A DNA stretch of 40,803 nucleotides, the filler included, from Acidimicrobiia bacterium (GTDB lineage Bacteria; Actinomycetota; Acidimicrobiia; Spongiisociales; JAENVV01): NCBI GenBank assembly GCA_041577335.1. It is 14 parts of 14 records of this genome, joined end to end, with 100 filler letters (N's around TTAATTAATTAA, not from the genome) between each part and the next. Parts side by side here need not be neighbours in the genome. Positions count along the whole stretch, not along the records: positions 1 to 5,267 come from JBFGJH010000110.1; positions 5,368 to 10,310 come from JBFGJH010000111.1; 12 more parts are not named here. One strand, 5' to 3'. How positions within the stretch are numbered: the stretch's first letter is position 1; every line of letters begins with the position of its first letter. The position numbers and the translations under genes are program-made. The notes under the pieces were generated by a model. The model did no database searches, was not told the origin of the DNA, and worked only from the letters and a program-made list of their open reading frames with translations. Shown here piece after piece: positions 1 to 9,911 of this stretch.

Positions 1-2106
1 AGCGGCGCGATCCTGCTGGGCGCCATCCTCATGATCTTCATGCTCGCCTTCTTCCTGTATGAGTGGCGAACGGCCGTCATCAGCGTTGTGGCGATCCCGC
101 TCTCGCTGATCGTGGCCGGGCTGGTGCTGTACTGGAGAGGGGCGACGATCAACACGATGATCCTTGCCGGCTTTGTGATAGCCCTCGGGGACATCGTCGA
201 TGACGCAATCATCGACATCGAGAATGTGGTGCGCCGATTGCGACTCCAGCGGGCCGCCGGAGGCCGAAAGTCGACGCCCCGCGTCATCCTGGAGGCGTCG
301 ATCGAAGTCAGAAGCGCGATTGTGTACGCAACCCTGATCGAGGTCGCTGCAGTCGCTCCGATCTTCATGCTCGAAGGGCTGTCAGGGTCGTTCTTCCGCC
401 CCCTGGCCATCTCGTATGCGCTGGCTCTCCTGGCGTCGATGGTCGTAGCGCTCACGGTCACTCCGGCGCTCAGCATGATCTTCTTCAGAAGTGAACACTC
501 TCTTCGCGGTCGCGAGTCGCCGATCGTGCCACCGCTGAAGGCGGCATATGGCCGGACATTGCGCCGACTGATGCCGAACCCAAAGCGCGCCTACGGGTCC
601 GTTGCCGTCACGGGAATGGTGGGCGTATTGATGCTCCCGTTCCTAGGGCAATCGCTTTTGCCATCGTTCAAGGAAAGGGACTTCCTCATGCACTGGCTGG
701 CCAAGCCGGGAACCTCCCAGCCAGAGATGGTACGAATCACGACCCAGGCGAGCAAGGAGCTCCGCGCCATCCCCGGCGTGCGCAACTTCGGCGCCCACAT
801 CGGACAGGCCCTCCTCGCCGATGAGCCCGTCGGTATCGATTTCGGTGAGAACTGGATCAGCGTCGACCCCTCGGTGGACTACGACGAGACACTCGCGGCG
901 GTGCAGGAGGTCGTCGACGGCTATCCAGGGTTGTTCCGGGACGTCCTCACCTACCTCAAGGAGCGGATTCGCGAGGTACTCACCGGTTCCAGCGAAGCAA
1001 TCACGGTCCGGATCTTCGGACCCGACCTCGTCACTCTCCGAACTCAGGCTTCGGAGGTCAACGAACTGCTCGAGAGCATTCCCGGTGTGAAGGAGAACCA
1101 CGTCGAGTTCCAGGAGGACATCCCGCAAATTCAGGTGAGGGTTGACATGGCTGCGGCACAGGCGGTCGGCCTCAAGCCGGGCGACGTGCGGCGATCGGCG
1201 GCGTTCCTCATCGCCGGCGAGGAGGCGGGCGACATCTTCGAAGGCGGACGCGCCTACGACGTGCAGGTCTGGGCAACGCCCGAGACCCGAGCAAGTGTGA
1301 CCGACGTCGCCGGTCTCTTGATCGACACCCCTGGCGGGGATCTGGTCCGCCTCGACGAAGTCGCACATGTCGAGGTCGTGGCAGTGCCCAACATCATCCA
1401 TCACGAGGACCTGTCCAGGAGCATCGACGTCGGTGCCAACCTGGACGGCACCCGTGACCTGGGCTCGGTCGTCGACGACCTCGAAGACGGACTCGAGGAG
1501 ATCGAATGGCCTCTCGAGTATCGGGCCGAGCTACTGGGAGAGTTCCAGGAGCGCGAGGCTGCCACCCGCCGTCTCTACATCTTCGCCGTCGGGGCGGCTG
1601 TGGCCGTGCTTCTCCTCCTCCAGGCTTCGTTCAACAGTTGGCGGCTGGCGACCCTCTCGTTCCTGACACTGCCGTTCGCGCTCGTCGGCGGCGTGATTGC
1701 GGTGTTTTCGACGAGCCGAGTCGTGTCGCTCGGTGCCCTCGTGGGATTCTTCACGGTTCTCGGAATCGTTGCTCGGAACGGGATCATGCTGATCAGTCAC
1801 TACCAGCACCTCGAGAACGAGGAGGCTGTTGAGTTCGGACCGGAACTCGTCATCCGAGGCGCACAGGAACGCGTCGTGCCGATACTTATGACCGTCTTCA
1901 CCACCGGCTTGGCACTGATTCCGCTGATCATCGGGGGAGAGATCCCCGGTCAGGAGATCGAGTATCCGATGGCGATCGTGATCCTTGGCGGCCTCATCAG
2001 CGCAACGTTGCTCAACCTGTTCGTGGTACCGCTGCTGTATCTGGCCTTCGCAAAGCCACGCGGGCGGTCAGGCGGTGGCCGATTGATCCCGGTCGGGCAG
2101 ACATGA
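1..2106 (+). CDS. RND efflux permease, AcrB/CusA/CzcA family (5'-truncated)
   Basis: The frame is open from base 1. It has the TM4 motif GDIVDDAIIDIEN, the C-terminal motifs ARNGIMLI and ERVVPILMT, and two TM blocks flanking a large soluble loop. Confidence 0.92.
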   Translation, partial: SGAILLGAILMIFMLAFFLYEWRTAVISVVAIPLSLIVAGLVLYWRGATINTMILAGFVIALGDIVDDAIIDIENVVRRLRLQRAAGGRKSTPRVILEASIEVRSAIVYATLIEVAAVAPIFMLEGLSGSFFRPLAISYALALLASMVVALTVTPALSMIFFRSEHSLRGRESPIVPPLKAAYGRTLRRLMPNPKRAYGSVAVTGMVGVLMLPFLGQSLLPSFKERDFLMHWLAKPGTSQPEMVRITTQASKELRAIPGVRNFGAHIGQALLADEPVGIDFGENWISVDPSVDYDETLAAVQEVVDGYPGLFRDVLTYLKERIREVLTGSSEAITVRIFGPDLVTLRTQASEVNELLESIPGVKENHVEFQEDIPQIQVRVDMAAAQAVGLKPGDVRRSAAFLIAGEEAGDIFEGGRAYDVQVWATPETRASVTDVAGLLIDTPGGDLVRLDEVAHVEVVAVPNIIHHEDLSRSIDVGANLDGTRDLGSVVDDLEDGLEEIEWPLEYRAELLGEFQEREAATRRLYIFAVGAAVAVLLLLQASFNSWRLATLSFLTLPFALVGGVIAVFSTSRVVSLGALVGFFTVLGIVARNGIMLISHYQHLENEEAVEFGPELVIRGAQERVVPILMTVFTTGLALIPLIIGGEIPGQEIEYPMAIVILGGLISATLLNLFVVPLLYLAFAKPRGRSGGGRLIPVGQT

Positions 2107-2117
2107 GAGGAGCAAGC

Positions 2118-3089
2118 ATGCGACGGACCCTTCCACTCATGGCGATGGCGGCGATGCTGGTAGCGGCGTGCGGTGGATCTGCTGTGCTGGAACCGGGCCG
2201 GTTGCAGCCGCCGAGCACCAATCTGATGGCAGACGGCACCACCGCCGACGCTGCGGCCATGGGATACACGCCCATCGACGAGCGAGAACTGCCGACGAGA
2301 ATCACCCTTCACACGGGTGAGCAAGTGCCGGAGTTCGAGGTCTTCGACCACGGTGCATTCTCGAATCCCACTGTCGTCGACAACCCTTGGTTGCCGATCA
2401 CACCGGGGACCCGCCTGGTGTTCGAGGGAGTGACGGTCGAGGACGGCGAGACGATTCCACACCGGCTGGTCTTCACGGTAACGGACCTCGTGAAGGTGAT
2501 CGACGGGATCCCGACCGTGGTGGTGTGGGACGTGGACTTCAGCGACGGAGACCTCGTGGAGACGGAACTCGCCTTCTATGCCCAGGATGACGACGGGACC
2601 GTTTGGCGGATGGGTGAATACCCAGAGGAGTGGGAAGAAGGTGAATTCCTGGATGCTCCTGCCTGGCTGGCCGGGCTCGAGGGCGCTGCCGCCGGGGTGG
2701 CGATGCGTGGAAACCCGACGATCGGCGAACCCAGTTATTCCCAGGGCTGGGGACCCGCGGTCGGCTTCACAGATCGAGCGTTCCCATTGGAGACCCTCGA
2801 TGAGGACTGTGTTGTCCTGAGCTGTTACCGCAATGTGCTCGTCATCAACGAGTTCAACAACGACGAACCGGATGCCAATCAGCTGAAGTACTACGCCATG
2901 GGCATCGGCAACGTTCGGGTTGGATGGAGTGGCGATGACAGCTCGATCGAGGAACTGGAACTGGTGGAGCGCACGCTGCTGTCGGCCGAGGAGATGGAGC
3001 AGGTCCGACGGGCCGCAATGAACCTAGAGGAGCGCGCCTACATCCTGCTGCCGGAGTTGTGGGGGGCAACCAAGCGGATAGAGCGATGA
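2118..3089 (+). CDS. Acidic putative lipoprotein, function unknown
   Basis: RBS GAGGAG precedes ATG 2118. Signal peptide with lipobox LVAA-C. D/E-rich, beta-rich body (DNPWLPITPG, YAQDDDGTVW). Starts 11 nt after the RND stop. Confidence 0.8.
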   Translation: MRRTLPLMAMAAMLVAACGGSAVLEPGRLQPPSTNLMADGTTADAAAMGYTPIDERELPTRITLHTGEQVPEFEVFDHGAFSNPTVVDNPWLPITPGTRLVFEGVTVEDGETIPHRLVFTVTDLVKVIDGIPTVVVWDVDFSDGDLVETELAFYAQDDDGTVWRMGEYPEEWEEGEFLDAPAWLAGLEGAAAGVAMRGNPTIGEPSYSQGWGPAVGFTDRAFPLETLDEDCVVLSCYRNVLVINEFNNDEPDANQLKYYAMGIGNVRVGWSGDDSSIEELELVERTLLSAEEMEQVRRAAMNLEERAYILLPELWGATKRIER

Positions 3090-3119
3090 GCCGCTCGAGG
3101 GCTGAACGGACCGGCGCCG

Positions 3120-3671
3120 TTAGCTGGAGCCGGTGAGTTCCCGCCCGTAGAGCGCCCTGCCCACGGCCTTCAGCCTCGGCAAGACGGCCTTGATCTCGGG
3201 AGCCTTGACCTCCAACTCTTCGACCGCAGTCATGAGAGCCCGAAAGTCGATCCCGTTGACCACGAACGTTCGCTCGCCAACAGTCAACGATGGCACCATG
3301 TCCGTTTCCCAGAGGTCGACATCGATCTGCAATGGGGCCCCTCGCGGCAGGGGTTCGAGCACACCGGTCGGCGTCTTGCCCATCGGCATCGAGGTGGTGA
3401 GAAGTATGCGGCGCTCATCGGTGGTCAGAGCCAGGATCCCGGATCCGGCGCTTGGATCTTCTTGCAGCTTCCGGGTCTGGGGAATCCGGAGGAGTGCGAG
3501 CACCGGCAGGACGATGGGCGTCCACATGAACGCCCGGGCCCAATATCCGGACCTCAGCGTCTTCCGGGATGCAATCGCCTCCGGACCCCATTCCACTCGC
3601 AGAGCAAGCACAACGTCCTCGTCCAGATATCGTTCGGCGTTGCGGGTGACCCGCTCGGTCGGTGTTCTCAT
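3120..3671 (-). CDS. Hypothetical protein with one hydrophobic segment (183 aa)
   Basis: This is the 3' part of the 410-aa track ORF, whose 5' part is antisense to the EamA gene. The start MRTPTER follows GGTGG. TM-like segment AFMWTPIVLPVLALL. Confidence 0.6.
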   Translation of the reverse strand: MRTPTERVTRNAERYLDEDVVLALRVEWGPEAIASRKTLRSGYWARAFMWTPIVLPVLALLRIPQTRKLQEDPSAGSGILALTTDERRILLTTSMPMGKTPTGVLEPLPRGAPLQIDVDLWETDMVPSLTVGERTFVVNGIDFRALMTAVEELEVKAPEIKAVLPRLKAVGRALYGRELTGSS

Positions 3672-3831
3672 GGTTCCACCATCTACCGTCCGGGGTCCGT
3701 ACACCAGGGCAATTGGTCCCTCGGACGATCCCCAACCCCGGCGTCGTCGACTTCGGGTAGGAGCGGGCTCCCGACAGTCGGCGGTCGCTTGCTGTACGGT
3801 CGACTGAGCATTCCTCCGAGCGAGGTCGGAC

Positions 3832-4791
3832 ATGGAACGTGATACCCGATCACCCGGCGGGTCGACTCTGGCGCTGTTCTCGATGGCCGTCGTGTTGGGC
3901 GGCGGGAACTTCGTGGCCGTCCGGTTCAGCAACCTAGAACTCGCCCCCTTCTGGGGAGCGGCACTGCGCTTCACGTTGGCCGGTGGTCTGTTTGCCGCCT
4001 TCGCCGCACGGTTGCGATTGCCCTGGCCAAGGGGTCGGCCTTTGGGGCTCATCGTTGTCAACGGGCTACTCGCCTTCGCCATTTCGTACGCCCTCATGTA
4101 TTGGGCGTTGGTGCGAATGAGCGCCGGTTCGGCGGCTGTGATCCTGGCGATGGTTCCCCTTGTGACCGTGATCCTCGCCTCCGCCCAGGGCATGGAGCGG
4201 CTCAGCCGTCGAACGGTGTTGGGGGCACTGGTGTCACTTCTTGGCATCCTGAGCATGACGGTGGGCAGCGGAGCACTGGCTATTCCGCTGACGAGTCTCC
4301 TGGCAGTGCTACTTGCGGCTTTCTCGATCAGCCAGAGCGTCATCGTCACCAAGAAGGTCTCCCATCACCACCCGGTGATGGTGAATGCGGTCGGGATGTT
4401 GACCGGTGCCCCGCTTCTGTTCGGCCTCTCGGCATTGGCGGGCGAAGCCTGGATTCTCCCATCCCAAGCCCGCGTGATTGCTGCGGTCGCGTACCTGGTG
4501 ACGCTCGGATCGATCGGACTGTTCATTCTGGTCCTCCGAGTGGCGAGGGCCTGGACCGCGTCCGCTACGTCCTATCTGTTCGTGCTGTTTCCGGTGGTCA
4601 CGATGCTCCTCGAGGCCGCGTTCCTCGGCGAACCCCTCACCGCCCGAGGCTTACTCGGCGCCGTCATCGTGATGGCCGGCGTCTGGCTCGGGGCCATCGC
4701 ACCCGGCGCCCGTTCCTCGACATCGGCTCCCGCCGGTGCCGGTGTATCGGACCGCCCACCGTTGCCGTCGGGCGAACCCGGGACGCCGTGA
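3832..4791 (+). CDS. EamA/DMT family transporter
   Basis: About 10 TM helices in two repeats, with motifs GGNFVAVR, AALRFTLAG and LFPVV..LGE. Confidence 0.9.
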   Translation: MERDTRSPGGSTLALFSMAVVLGGGNFVAVRFSNLELAPFWGAALRFTLAGGLFAAFAARLRLPWPRGRPLGLIVVNGLLAFAISYALMYWALVRMSAGSAAVILAMVPLVTVILASAQGMERLSRRTVLGALVSLLGILSMTVGSGALAIPLTSLLAVLLAAFSISQSVIVTKKVSHHHPVMVNAVGMLTGAPLLFGLSALAGEAWILPSQARVIAAVAYLVTLGSIGLFILVLRVARAWTASATSYLFVLFPVVTMLLEAAFLGEPLTARGLLGAVIVMAGVWLGAIAPGARSSTSAPAGAGVSDRPPLPSGEPGTP

Positions 4792-5267
4792 CCGAGGAGC
4801 CCTCTCTCCTGGTGACGTCACCCGACGGGACCGACATTGGCCTGTTCGCATTTGGAAGCGGGTCCCCGCTGGTTCTGGTTCACGGGGCGATGGGGGATCA
4901 CCACAACGACTCCGGGTTCATCGCAGAGCTTGCGAAGTTCTCGGCTGTATTCGCGATCGATCGCTGCGGTAGAGGAGCCAGTGGTGATCATTCCGCGTAT
5001 TCGATCGAGCGAGAATTCGAAGATGTGGCCTCCGTAGTCGATGCGGCGGCAGGGCTGGCGGGCCATGCGGTGGCGTTGTGGGGTCATTCATTTGGTGCGG
5101 ATGTGGCACTCGGCGCGAGTTCCCTCACGAGCAACCTGGATACCCTCGTGCTGTACGAACCCGGCCTTGGCATGCCGCAGCCTTCAGGTTCGGTGGAGGC
5201 CGTCGAGGAGGCGCTCGCTGCAGGCGACCTCGAGGCGGCCGCCGTTGCATTGATGGAGAAGGTCGTC
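4788..5267 (+). CDS. Alpha/beta hydrolase (3'-truncated)
   Basis: The GTG start overlaps the EamA stop (GTGA). Motifs LVLVHG, DRCGRGAS, nucleophile elbow GHSFG and LYEP. Confidence 0.85.
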
Positions 5268-5367
5268 NNNNNNNNNNNNNNNNNNNNNNNNNNNNNNNNN
5301 NNNNNNNNNNNTTAATTAATTAANNNNNNNNNNNNNNNNNNNNNNNNNNNNNNNNNNNNNNNNNNNN
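5268..5367. other. Artificial contig spacer (first of 13)
   Basis: N44-TTAATTAATTAA-N44, with stops in all six frames. It recurs at 10311-10410, 14711-14810, 17912-18011, 21035-21134, 24070-24169, 27094-27193, 29753-29852, 31746-31845, 33739-33838, 35666-35765, 37530-37629 and 39171-39270. Contig lengths decrease along the window. Confidence 0.99.
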
Positions 5368-5400
5368 CCGTAACACGGGCTTTAGGAGATGGAGGAAAGT

Positions 5401-5745
5401 ATGCGACGATCTCTTTTGATCGTGGCTCTTGCAGCATTGATGGTCATGGCCTTCGGCGCCAGTGCCGCATTTGCAGGGGAGATCAACGGCCGGGGGGAAC
5501 GGCCGATGGTGGTCGATGTTGTCGACGGTCACACCATCTTGCACGGCAAGTCGGCGTGTGCGTTCTCGGGATTGAACGACACCTATGCGCCCGGTGAACC
5601 TGACGCGGAGGGGTTTCTCCGAACCCAGAACTGGGGACAGGTCGGTAAGACAGGGCATCCGGTATTCAATAAGGAGTTTCTCACTTCGATAGGGTTGCAT
5701 CCTGGTCAGGCGTGCAATCCGACCCGAGGCGACCCGGAGCATTAG
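5401..5745 (+). CDS. Small secreted protein with two Cys, function unknown
   Basis: RBS GGAGG, signal peptide ending AFA, motifs SACAFSGLND, QNWGQ and PGQACNP. A terminator follows. Confidence 0.75.
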   Translation: MRRSLLIVALAALMVMAFGASAAFAGEINGRGERPMVVDVVDGHTILHGKSACAFSGLNDTYAPGEPDAEGFLRTQNWGQVGKTGHPVFNKEFLTSIGLHPGQACNPTRGDPEH

Positions 5746-5772
5746 GCCAGCGACCAAGCCGTAGAAATGATG

Positions 5773-5803
5773 AAGACCCCCGCCGGAAACGGCGGGGGTT
5801 CTT
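5773..5803 (+). terminator. Intrinsic terminator hairpin
   Basis: ACCCCCGCCG-GAAA-CGGCGGGGGT is a 10-bp stem with a GNRA loop, followed by TCTT, about 30 nt after the stop. Confidence 0.8.
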
Positions 5804-6019
5804 GATGGCCCACCCAGGAACGCAACGCCACAATCTTGCTTTGGTCGGCCGCCACGGCCGCGCCTGATGCCAGTCCCTAATGCCCGGAGCAATGGGTCGA
5901 CGCCTCGAAAGCCTCGCTCTCCACCGGTGGTTTGTCTCTGCACCGATAAGGGTCTTTCGCCCGTTGCCGAGGGCCGAAGGTCCTGGGAGGGTCGAGGTAT
6001 ATAAGGCTAGGAGGCCACC

Positions 6020-8773
6020 ATGCCTCGCGGTCATCGCACCGCCGAGTGGCTGCTCCGTCGATCCAGATGGGTCATCGCAAGCGCCATTCTCTCCACCGCC
6101 GCTCTCGCCTTCCCCATGCTGGCGATGGCGCCCGACACCACCGCCTCCCAGAATCCGGGCGGTGAGGTGATCGAGGTCCAGGATCTCGTCACCGACCGAT
6201 TCGTGTCGGATGTCTACGGGGCGGGGTTCATCGTCGAACCGCGCGACGGCAACGCCCTGACCCGAGAAGCGTTGTTCGAGCTGTTCCAGAACGTGTCTGC
6301 CGTTCGAGCCGACCCCGAGATCAGCGACAAGCTGTTCAGCTATTACGCGCCCGAGATCAGGACTGAGGTATCGGGGATCTACACGATCGCCGATGCAGTC
6401 GACGGTCGGTTGCGAGATGCCGGTGTCGACGGTCTGGCCGCCGCCGACGACGGCCAGGTCGTCGAAACGGTGGCAGCCCTTCTGCAGGATTCCGAGCCCT
6501 CGATGTGGGGGCTGCTTCCAGGTTCAGGCTTCGACGAGGCCTCAGGGCGGTGGGTTGCGCCGGCGCTGATGGTCAGCCTCGTCGCCCAGAACGAGCTCCT
6601 GGGTGGCGGCGGCCAGGCAATCACGCTCGGAGACGACAACACCCTCAAGGAACAGTTCGCGCGCGACGCCCAGACACTCCTTCGCGGCGACGAGCGGACG
6701 TACCAGGTGTGGGGAATAGCGATCGACGTCGGCCTGACCGTTAGCGAGCAGGCTGCGGCAGCCGGTCCGTTCATCGGCTTCACGGTGCTGGCGGTCCTGG
6801 TGGTGGCAGGATTGATCCTCAGGTCCTACTGGGCAGTGGCCGTGCTCGGAGCGGCGCTCGGGGCGCTCATGATCTGGCTGAAGGGCATCTCCAACCTGAT
6901 CGGGCTCGAAAACGACCAGATTCTCAGCTTCATCGTTCCGATCGCCATGATCTCGTTCGGCGTCGACTTCGCCTTCCATGCCGTGGGGCGCTACCGAGAA
7001 GAAGCCGCCGACGGCCACCGCCCGCGTGCCGCGTTCGTCATCGGGATGGGAGGCGTACTGGCGGCTCTCGTACTTGCCCTCGCCAGCGACTCGGTGGCCT
7101 TCCTCTCCAACGTGTCCGCAGGGATCGAATCGATCATCCAGTTCGGCATCGGTGCGTCGATCGCACTGATCGCGGCCTTCTTGATTCTCGGACTGGTGAG
7201 CCCGATGGTGCTGATGCTCATCGACGACGCCCTCGGCTCACGCCCTGTCAGGGGCTTTCGCCGGATCGGGCGAGAGATGGCCTCGGGCCTCGCAGCTACT
7301 GCAGCGATGGCGGTCGTTCTGTTTCTCGTCTACATACTCCCGGTGGCGGGAGTCGGCTTGTGGGCCTTCTACCTGCTGGCGTTTCTGGCCTTCCCCTTTG
7401 CCGTCGCCAGGCGCCGTCGGGCACCCGAGGCGGACCTGGCCACGCCGAGTCGACTCCGGGGTCGGCTCATCGGAAAGGGGGCAGCCGCAGTCGCCCGCCG
7501 GCGGATGGTCGTCCTCCCCGCGCTGTTCCTCCTGTGGGCCGCCGCCATCTTGGTCGCCGTTCAGATCGAGCCCCGATTCGACGTCAAAGACTTCTTCGCC
7601 GCGGACGCCGACTTCGTCGTGAGCCTCGACAAACTCGACGAGCACGTCGGCCAGCAGGGCGGCGAGCCCGCCGACATCTACGTGGAGGGCAACCTCGCCG
7701 ATCCGAGGTCACTGACGGCCCTGGCCGCCTTCAGGGAACGGGTCCAGGCGCTCGACGTCGCCGAACTGGCCATCGGGCCCTCGGGAGCCACCGAGATCTC
7801 CCAGGGGGTGCTCGGCGTGATCGAAGACGTGATGGAGACCCCATTCGCGGTCGGCGCCATCGGCGCCGTCACGGGGACCGAACTCTCGGACGCCAACGGC
7901 GATGGTCTTCCCGACACACCCGACCAGATCGCCGCGCTGTACTCGTTCACCAGCCAGGCCGGCATCCCTCTCGACAGCAACCGGCTGGTCAGAACGCCGG
8001 ATTCGGTGGGGCTCAGCCTGTGGCAAGACGATGCCCGGCAGGCGACCGTCCTTACTTTGGGAGTCGTCGGAAGCCGCTCACAGGAAAACGTGGCGGCGGC
8101 CAGGGAGGCTCTGGAACCGCTGGTCGACAACCTCCAAGCGGAACTGCAGGCCGTCGACCCCGGGGCACGGGCAGTGCTCACTGGTTCGGCGGTCGTTCGC
8201 CACGAGCAGCTGAAAGCGATCATGCGAGCGTTGGTGGTCTCGCTTCCGATCTCGGTGATCGCGTGCCTCATCATCGCGGCGCTCTTCATGCGATCGATGC
8301 GGCTGGGACTGGTGAGTGTGGTCCCGATCCTCGTGGTTGTGGCCTGGCTGTACGCGTTCATGCACCTCGCGGGCTACGGCATCAACATCGTCACAGCGAC
8401 GATCGGCGCCGTGTCCATCGGCATCGGCATCGACTTCGCCATCCATTTCATCATGCGATACCGAGAGGAGCTGGAACGACTCCGGGACCGGCTCGAAGCC
8501 GTGGAAGCGGCCGGTGCCGGGACCGGCGCTGCGCTCGCCGCCTCCGCATTGTCGTCGGTCGTAGGGTTTTCGATCATGGCGCTGGCCCCGATGCCCATGT
8601 TTGCGGACTACGGGTTCTTGACCGCGATCATGATCGTGATGGCTCTCTTGGCCACGCTGGCGGTGCTGCCCGGCCTGCTAATGCTCGTGACTGCGGCCGA
8701 ACCGGTGCCACAACCCCCACCAATACCCACCCCGCTCGAGACCGCCGGTGCAGGAGGAGCTCGAACGGACTGA
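6020..8773 (+). CDS. MMPL/RND-family transporter
   Basis: RBS AGGAGG. Two repeats of a large loop plus TM block, with motifs FGVDFAFH..RYREE and GIGIDFAIH..RYREE. Confidence 0.88.
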   Translation: MPRGHRTAEWLLRRSRWVIASAILSTAALAFPMLAMAPDTTASQNPGGEVIEVQDLVTDRFVSDVYGAGFIVEPRDGNALTREALFELFQNVSAVRADPEISDKLFSYYAPEIRTEVSGIYTIADAVDGRLRDAGVDGLAAADDGQVVETVAALLQDSEPSMWGLLPGSGFDEASGRWVAPALMVSLVAQNELLGGGGQAITLGDDNTLKEQFARDAQTLLRGDERTYQVWGIAIDVGLTVSEQAAAAGPFIGFTVLAVLVVAGLILRSYWAVAVLGAALGALMIWLKGISNLIGLENDQILSFIVPIAMISFGVDFAFHAVGRYREEAADGHRPRAAFVIGMGGVLAALVLALASDSVAFLSNVSAGIESIIQFGIGASIALIAAFLILGLVSPMVLMLIDDALGSRPVRGFRRIGREMASGLAATAAMAVVLFLVYILPVAGVGLWAFYLLAFLAFPFAVARRRRAPEADLATPSRLRGRLIGKGAAAVARRRMVVLPALFLLWAAAILVAVQIEPRFDVKDFFAADADFVVSLDKLDEHVGQQGGEPADIYVEGNLADPRSLTALAAFRERVQALDVAELAIGPSGATEISQGVLGVIEDVMETPFAVGAIGAVTGTELSDANGDGLPDTPDQIAALYSFTSQAGIPLDSNRLVRTPDSVGLSLWQDDARQATVLTLGVVGSRSQENVAAAREALEPLVDNLQAELQAVDPGARAVLTGSAVVRHEQLKAIMRALVVSLPISVIACLIIAALFMRSMRLGLVSVVPILVVVAWLYAFMHLAGYGINIVTATIGAVSIGIGIDFAIHFIMRYREELERLRDRLEAVEAAGAGTGAALAASALSSVVGFSIMALAPMPMFADYGFLTAIMIVMALLATLAVLPGLLMLVTAAEPVPQPPPIPTPLETAGAGGARTD

Positions 8774-8883
8774 CGGCGATCAGGGCGCGTCGAGGAAGCC
8801 GATCCGCGGCGATCCGCAACCGTTGCGCGGCCGCAAGGCTGCCGCAGACCGCTCGTCGAGCGCCGCCGCAAACATCCGGGCCC

Positions 8884-9072
8884 TCAGTCGGCCTGCTTGC
8901 TCGAGGTGGCACCGATCAGCACGACCGCCAACCCCACGACGATTCCCACGATGAACAAGAGGCCGACGAACCCAGAGCCGGTGTCTAAAGCCAGCCATCC
9001 GAGAAGCAGGCCGCCCATGCCGAGAGCCAACAACAGTCCAATGATCATCGTGCCCAGCGACTTGATACGCAT
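8884..9072 (-). CDS. Small two-TM membrane protein (62 aa)
   Basis: Strong RBS AGGAGG 8 nt upstream and two hydrophobic helices. Confidence 0.7.
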   Translation of the reverse strand: MRIKSLGTMIIGLLLALGMGGLLLGWLALDTGSGFVGLLFIVGIVVGLAVVLIGATSSKQAD

Positions 9073-9158
9073 CTTCTAAACCTCCTAGTGCAGGCGAGTG
9101 TCTTGGATGTGGCCCCGAAGACGGTACAGACGGCGCCGCGGAAGAAGTGAGTCGGGGG

Positions 9159-9527
9159 CTATCCGCCTGCGCATATGAACCCCGCCTCGATCGTGAGTGA
9201 CGGTGAGGGGAACTCGACACCGAATTCGGTTGCGCCCCAAAAGCAGAGAGGGTCCTCTGCGCTGTCGAGCCTCACCTGAACGTCGTACACGCCCGGATCG
9301 GGATCGATCACGGCGGTCCCGTCGTCTCCGATCACCGCCTCCAACACGACCTCATCGCCGTCGTAAAGGACAAGCGTCCCGCCGGAGAGCGGGTCTCCCG
9401 GATTCAGGCCTTCGTGTGAGAAGTGTTGGGCAACTTCGGCTCGCACCTCGGTGCCGGGCGAAGAGACACAACCAACTGTGATTACTGCAACGGCTGCCAG
9501 TATCGGCAACACCTTCTGAGCGTTCAT
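9159..9527 (-). CDS. Small putative lipoprotein, beta-sandwich-like
   Basis: RBS GGGAGG before MNAQK. Signal peptide ends TVG-C. The pattern DDGTAVIDPDPGVYDVQV resembles prealbumin/carboxypeptidase-regulatory-like domains (inference). Confidence 0.65.
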   Translation of the reverse strand: MNAQKVLPILAAVAVITVGCVSSPGTEVRAEVAQHFSHEGLNPGDPLSGGTLVLYDGDEVVLEAVIGDDGTAVIDPDPGVYDVQVRLDSAEDPLCFWGATEFGVEFPSPSLTIEAGFICAGG

Positions 9528-9713
9528 GTCAGCCTCCCGCTGACGCTTCCACCATTGGACGCCGCTGTCCGATGAGAGGTTCCGCCGCTCGAGCATCCCA
9601 CGCGGCAACCGTGCGTAGCAGAGCCGTCCAAACGCGGTGCCTCCCGCTAGATCGGCTCTACCAACCCACCATGCCGGCCCCGGCAGCGCTGCCAAGAGAC
9701 AAGAGGTCCGCGC

Positions 9714-9911
9714 TCAATCGATCAGCGCCGCTAGGTCCGGCGAGTCCGCCCCCAAAACTTCCACCATGACCTCGGCGGTGTGCTCACCGAGCCGCGGCGC
9801 AGGCTTCGGAGTCGTCCCGTCGCGCAGCGGGCCCTGAATCACGCGATATGAGGCGGCCGGAGTCATCACCTCCGCGACCATCCCGGTGGCAGCCACATAG
9901 GGGCTGGCCAA
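9714..9911 (-). pseudogene. C-terminal remnant of a CaiB/BaiF (family III) CoA-transferase
   Basis: LASPYVAATGMVAEV...PAPRLGEHTAEV matches the typical family III C-terminus. There is no room for the rest of the gene before the tRNA. Confidence 0.65.

Noticed and set aside
5312..5323. TTAATTAATTAA repeated 13 times, resembling a repeat family or CRISPR
   Set aside because: It is always centred in N-runs of identical length, so it is an artificial six-frame-stop linker.
8774..8883. GC-rich short inverted and direct repeats between convergent genes
   Set aside because: The stems are short and imperfect with no U-tract, and are not distinguishable from chance at this GC content.
7360..8988. Long alternative-frame and antisense ORFs (e.g. 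7360-8988, 24263-25774, 25116-26537, 14926-16230, 39584-40708)
   Set aside because: They are Arg/Pro/Gly-rich shadows of well-supported genes, as expected in high-GC DNA, and carry no recognisable motifs.
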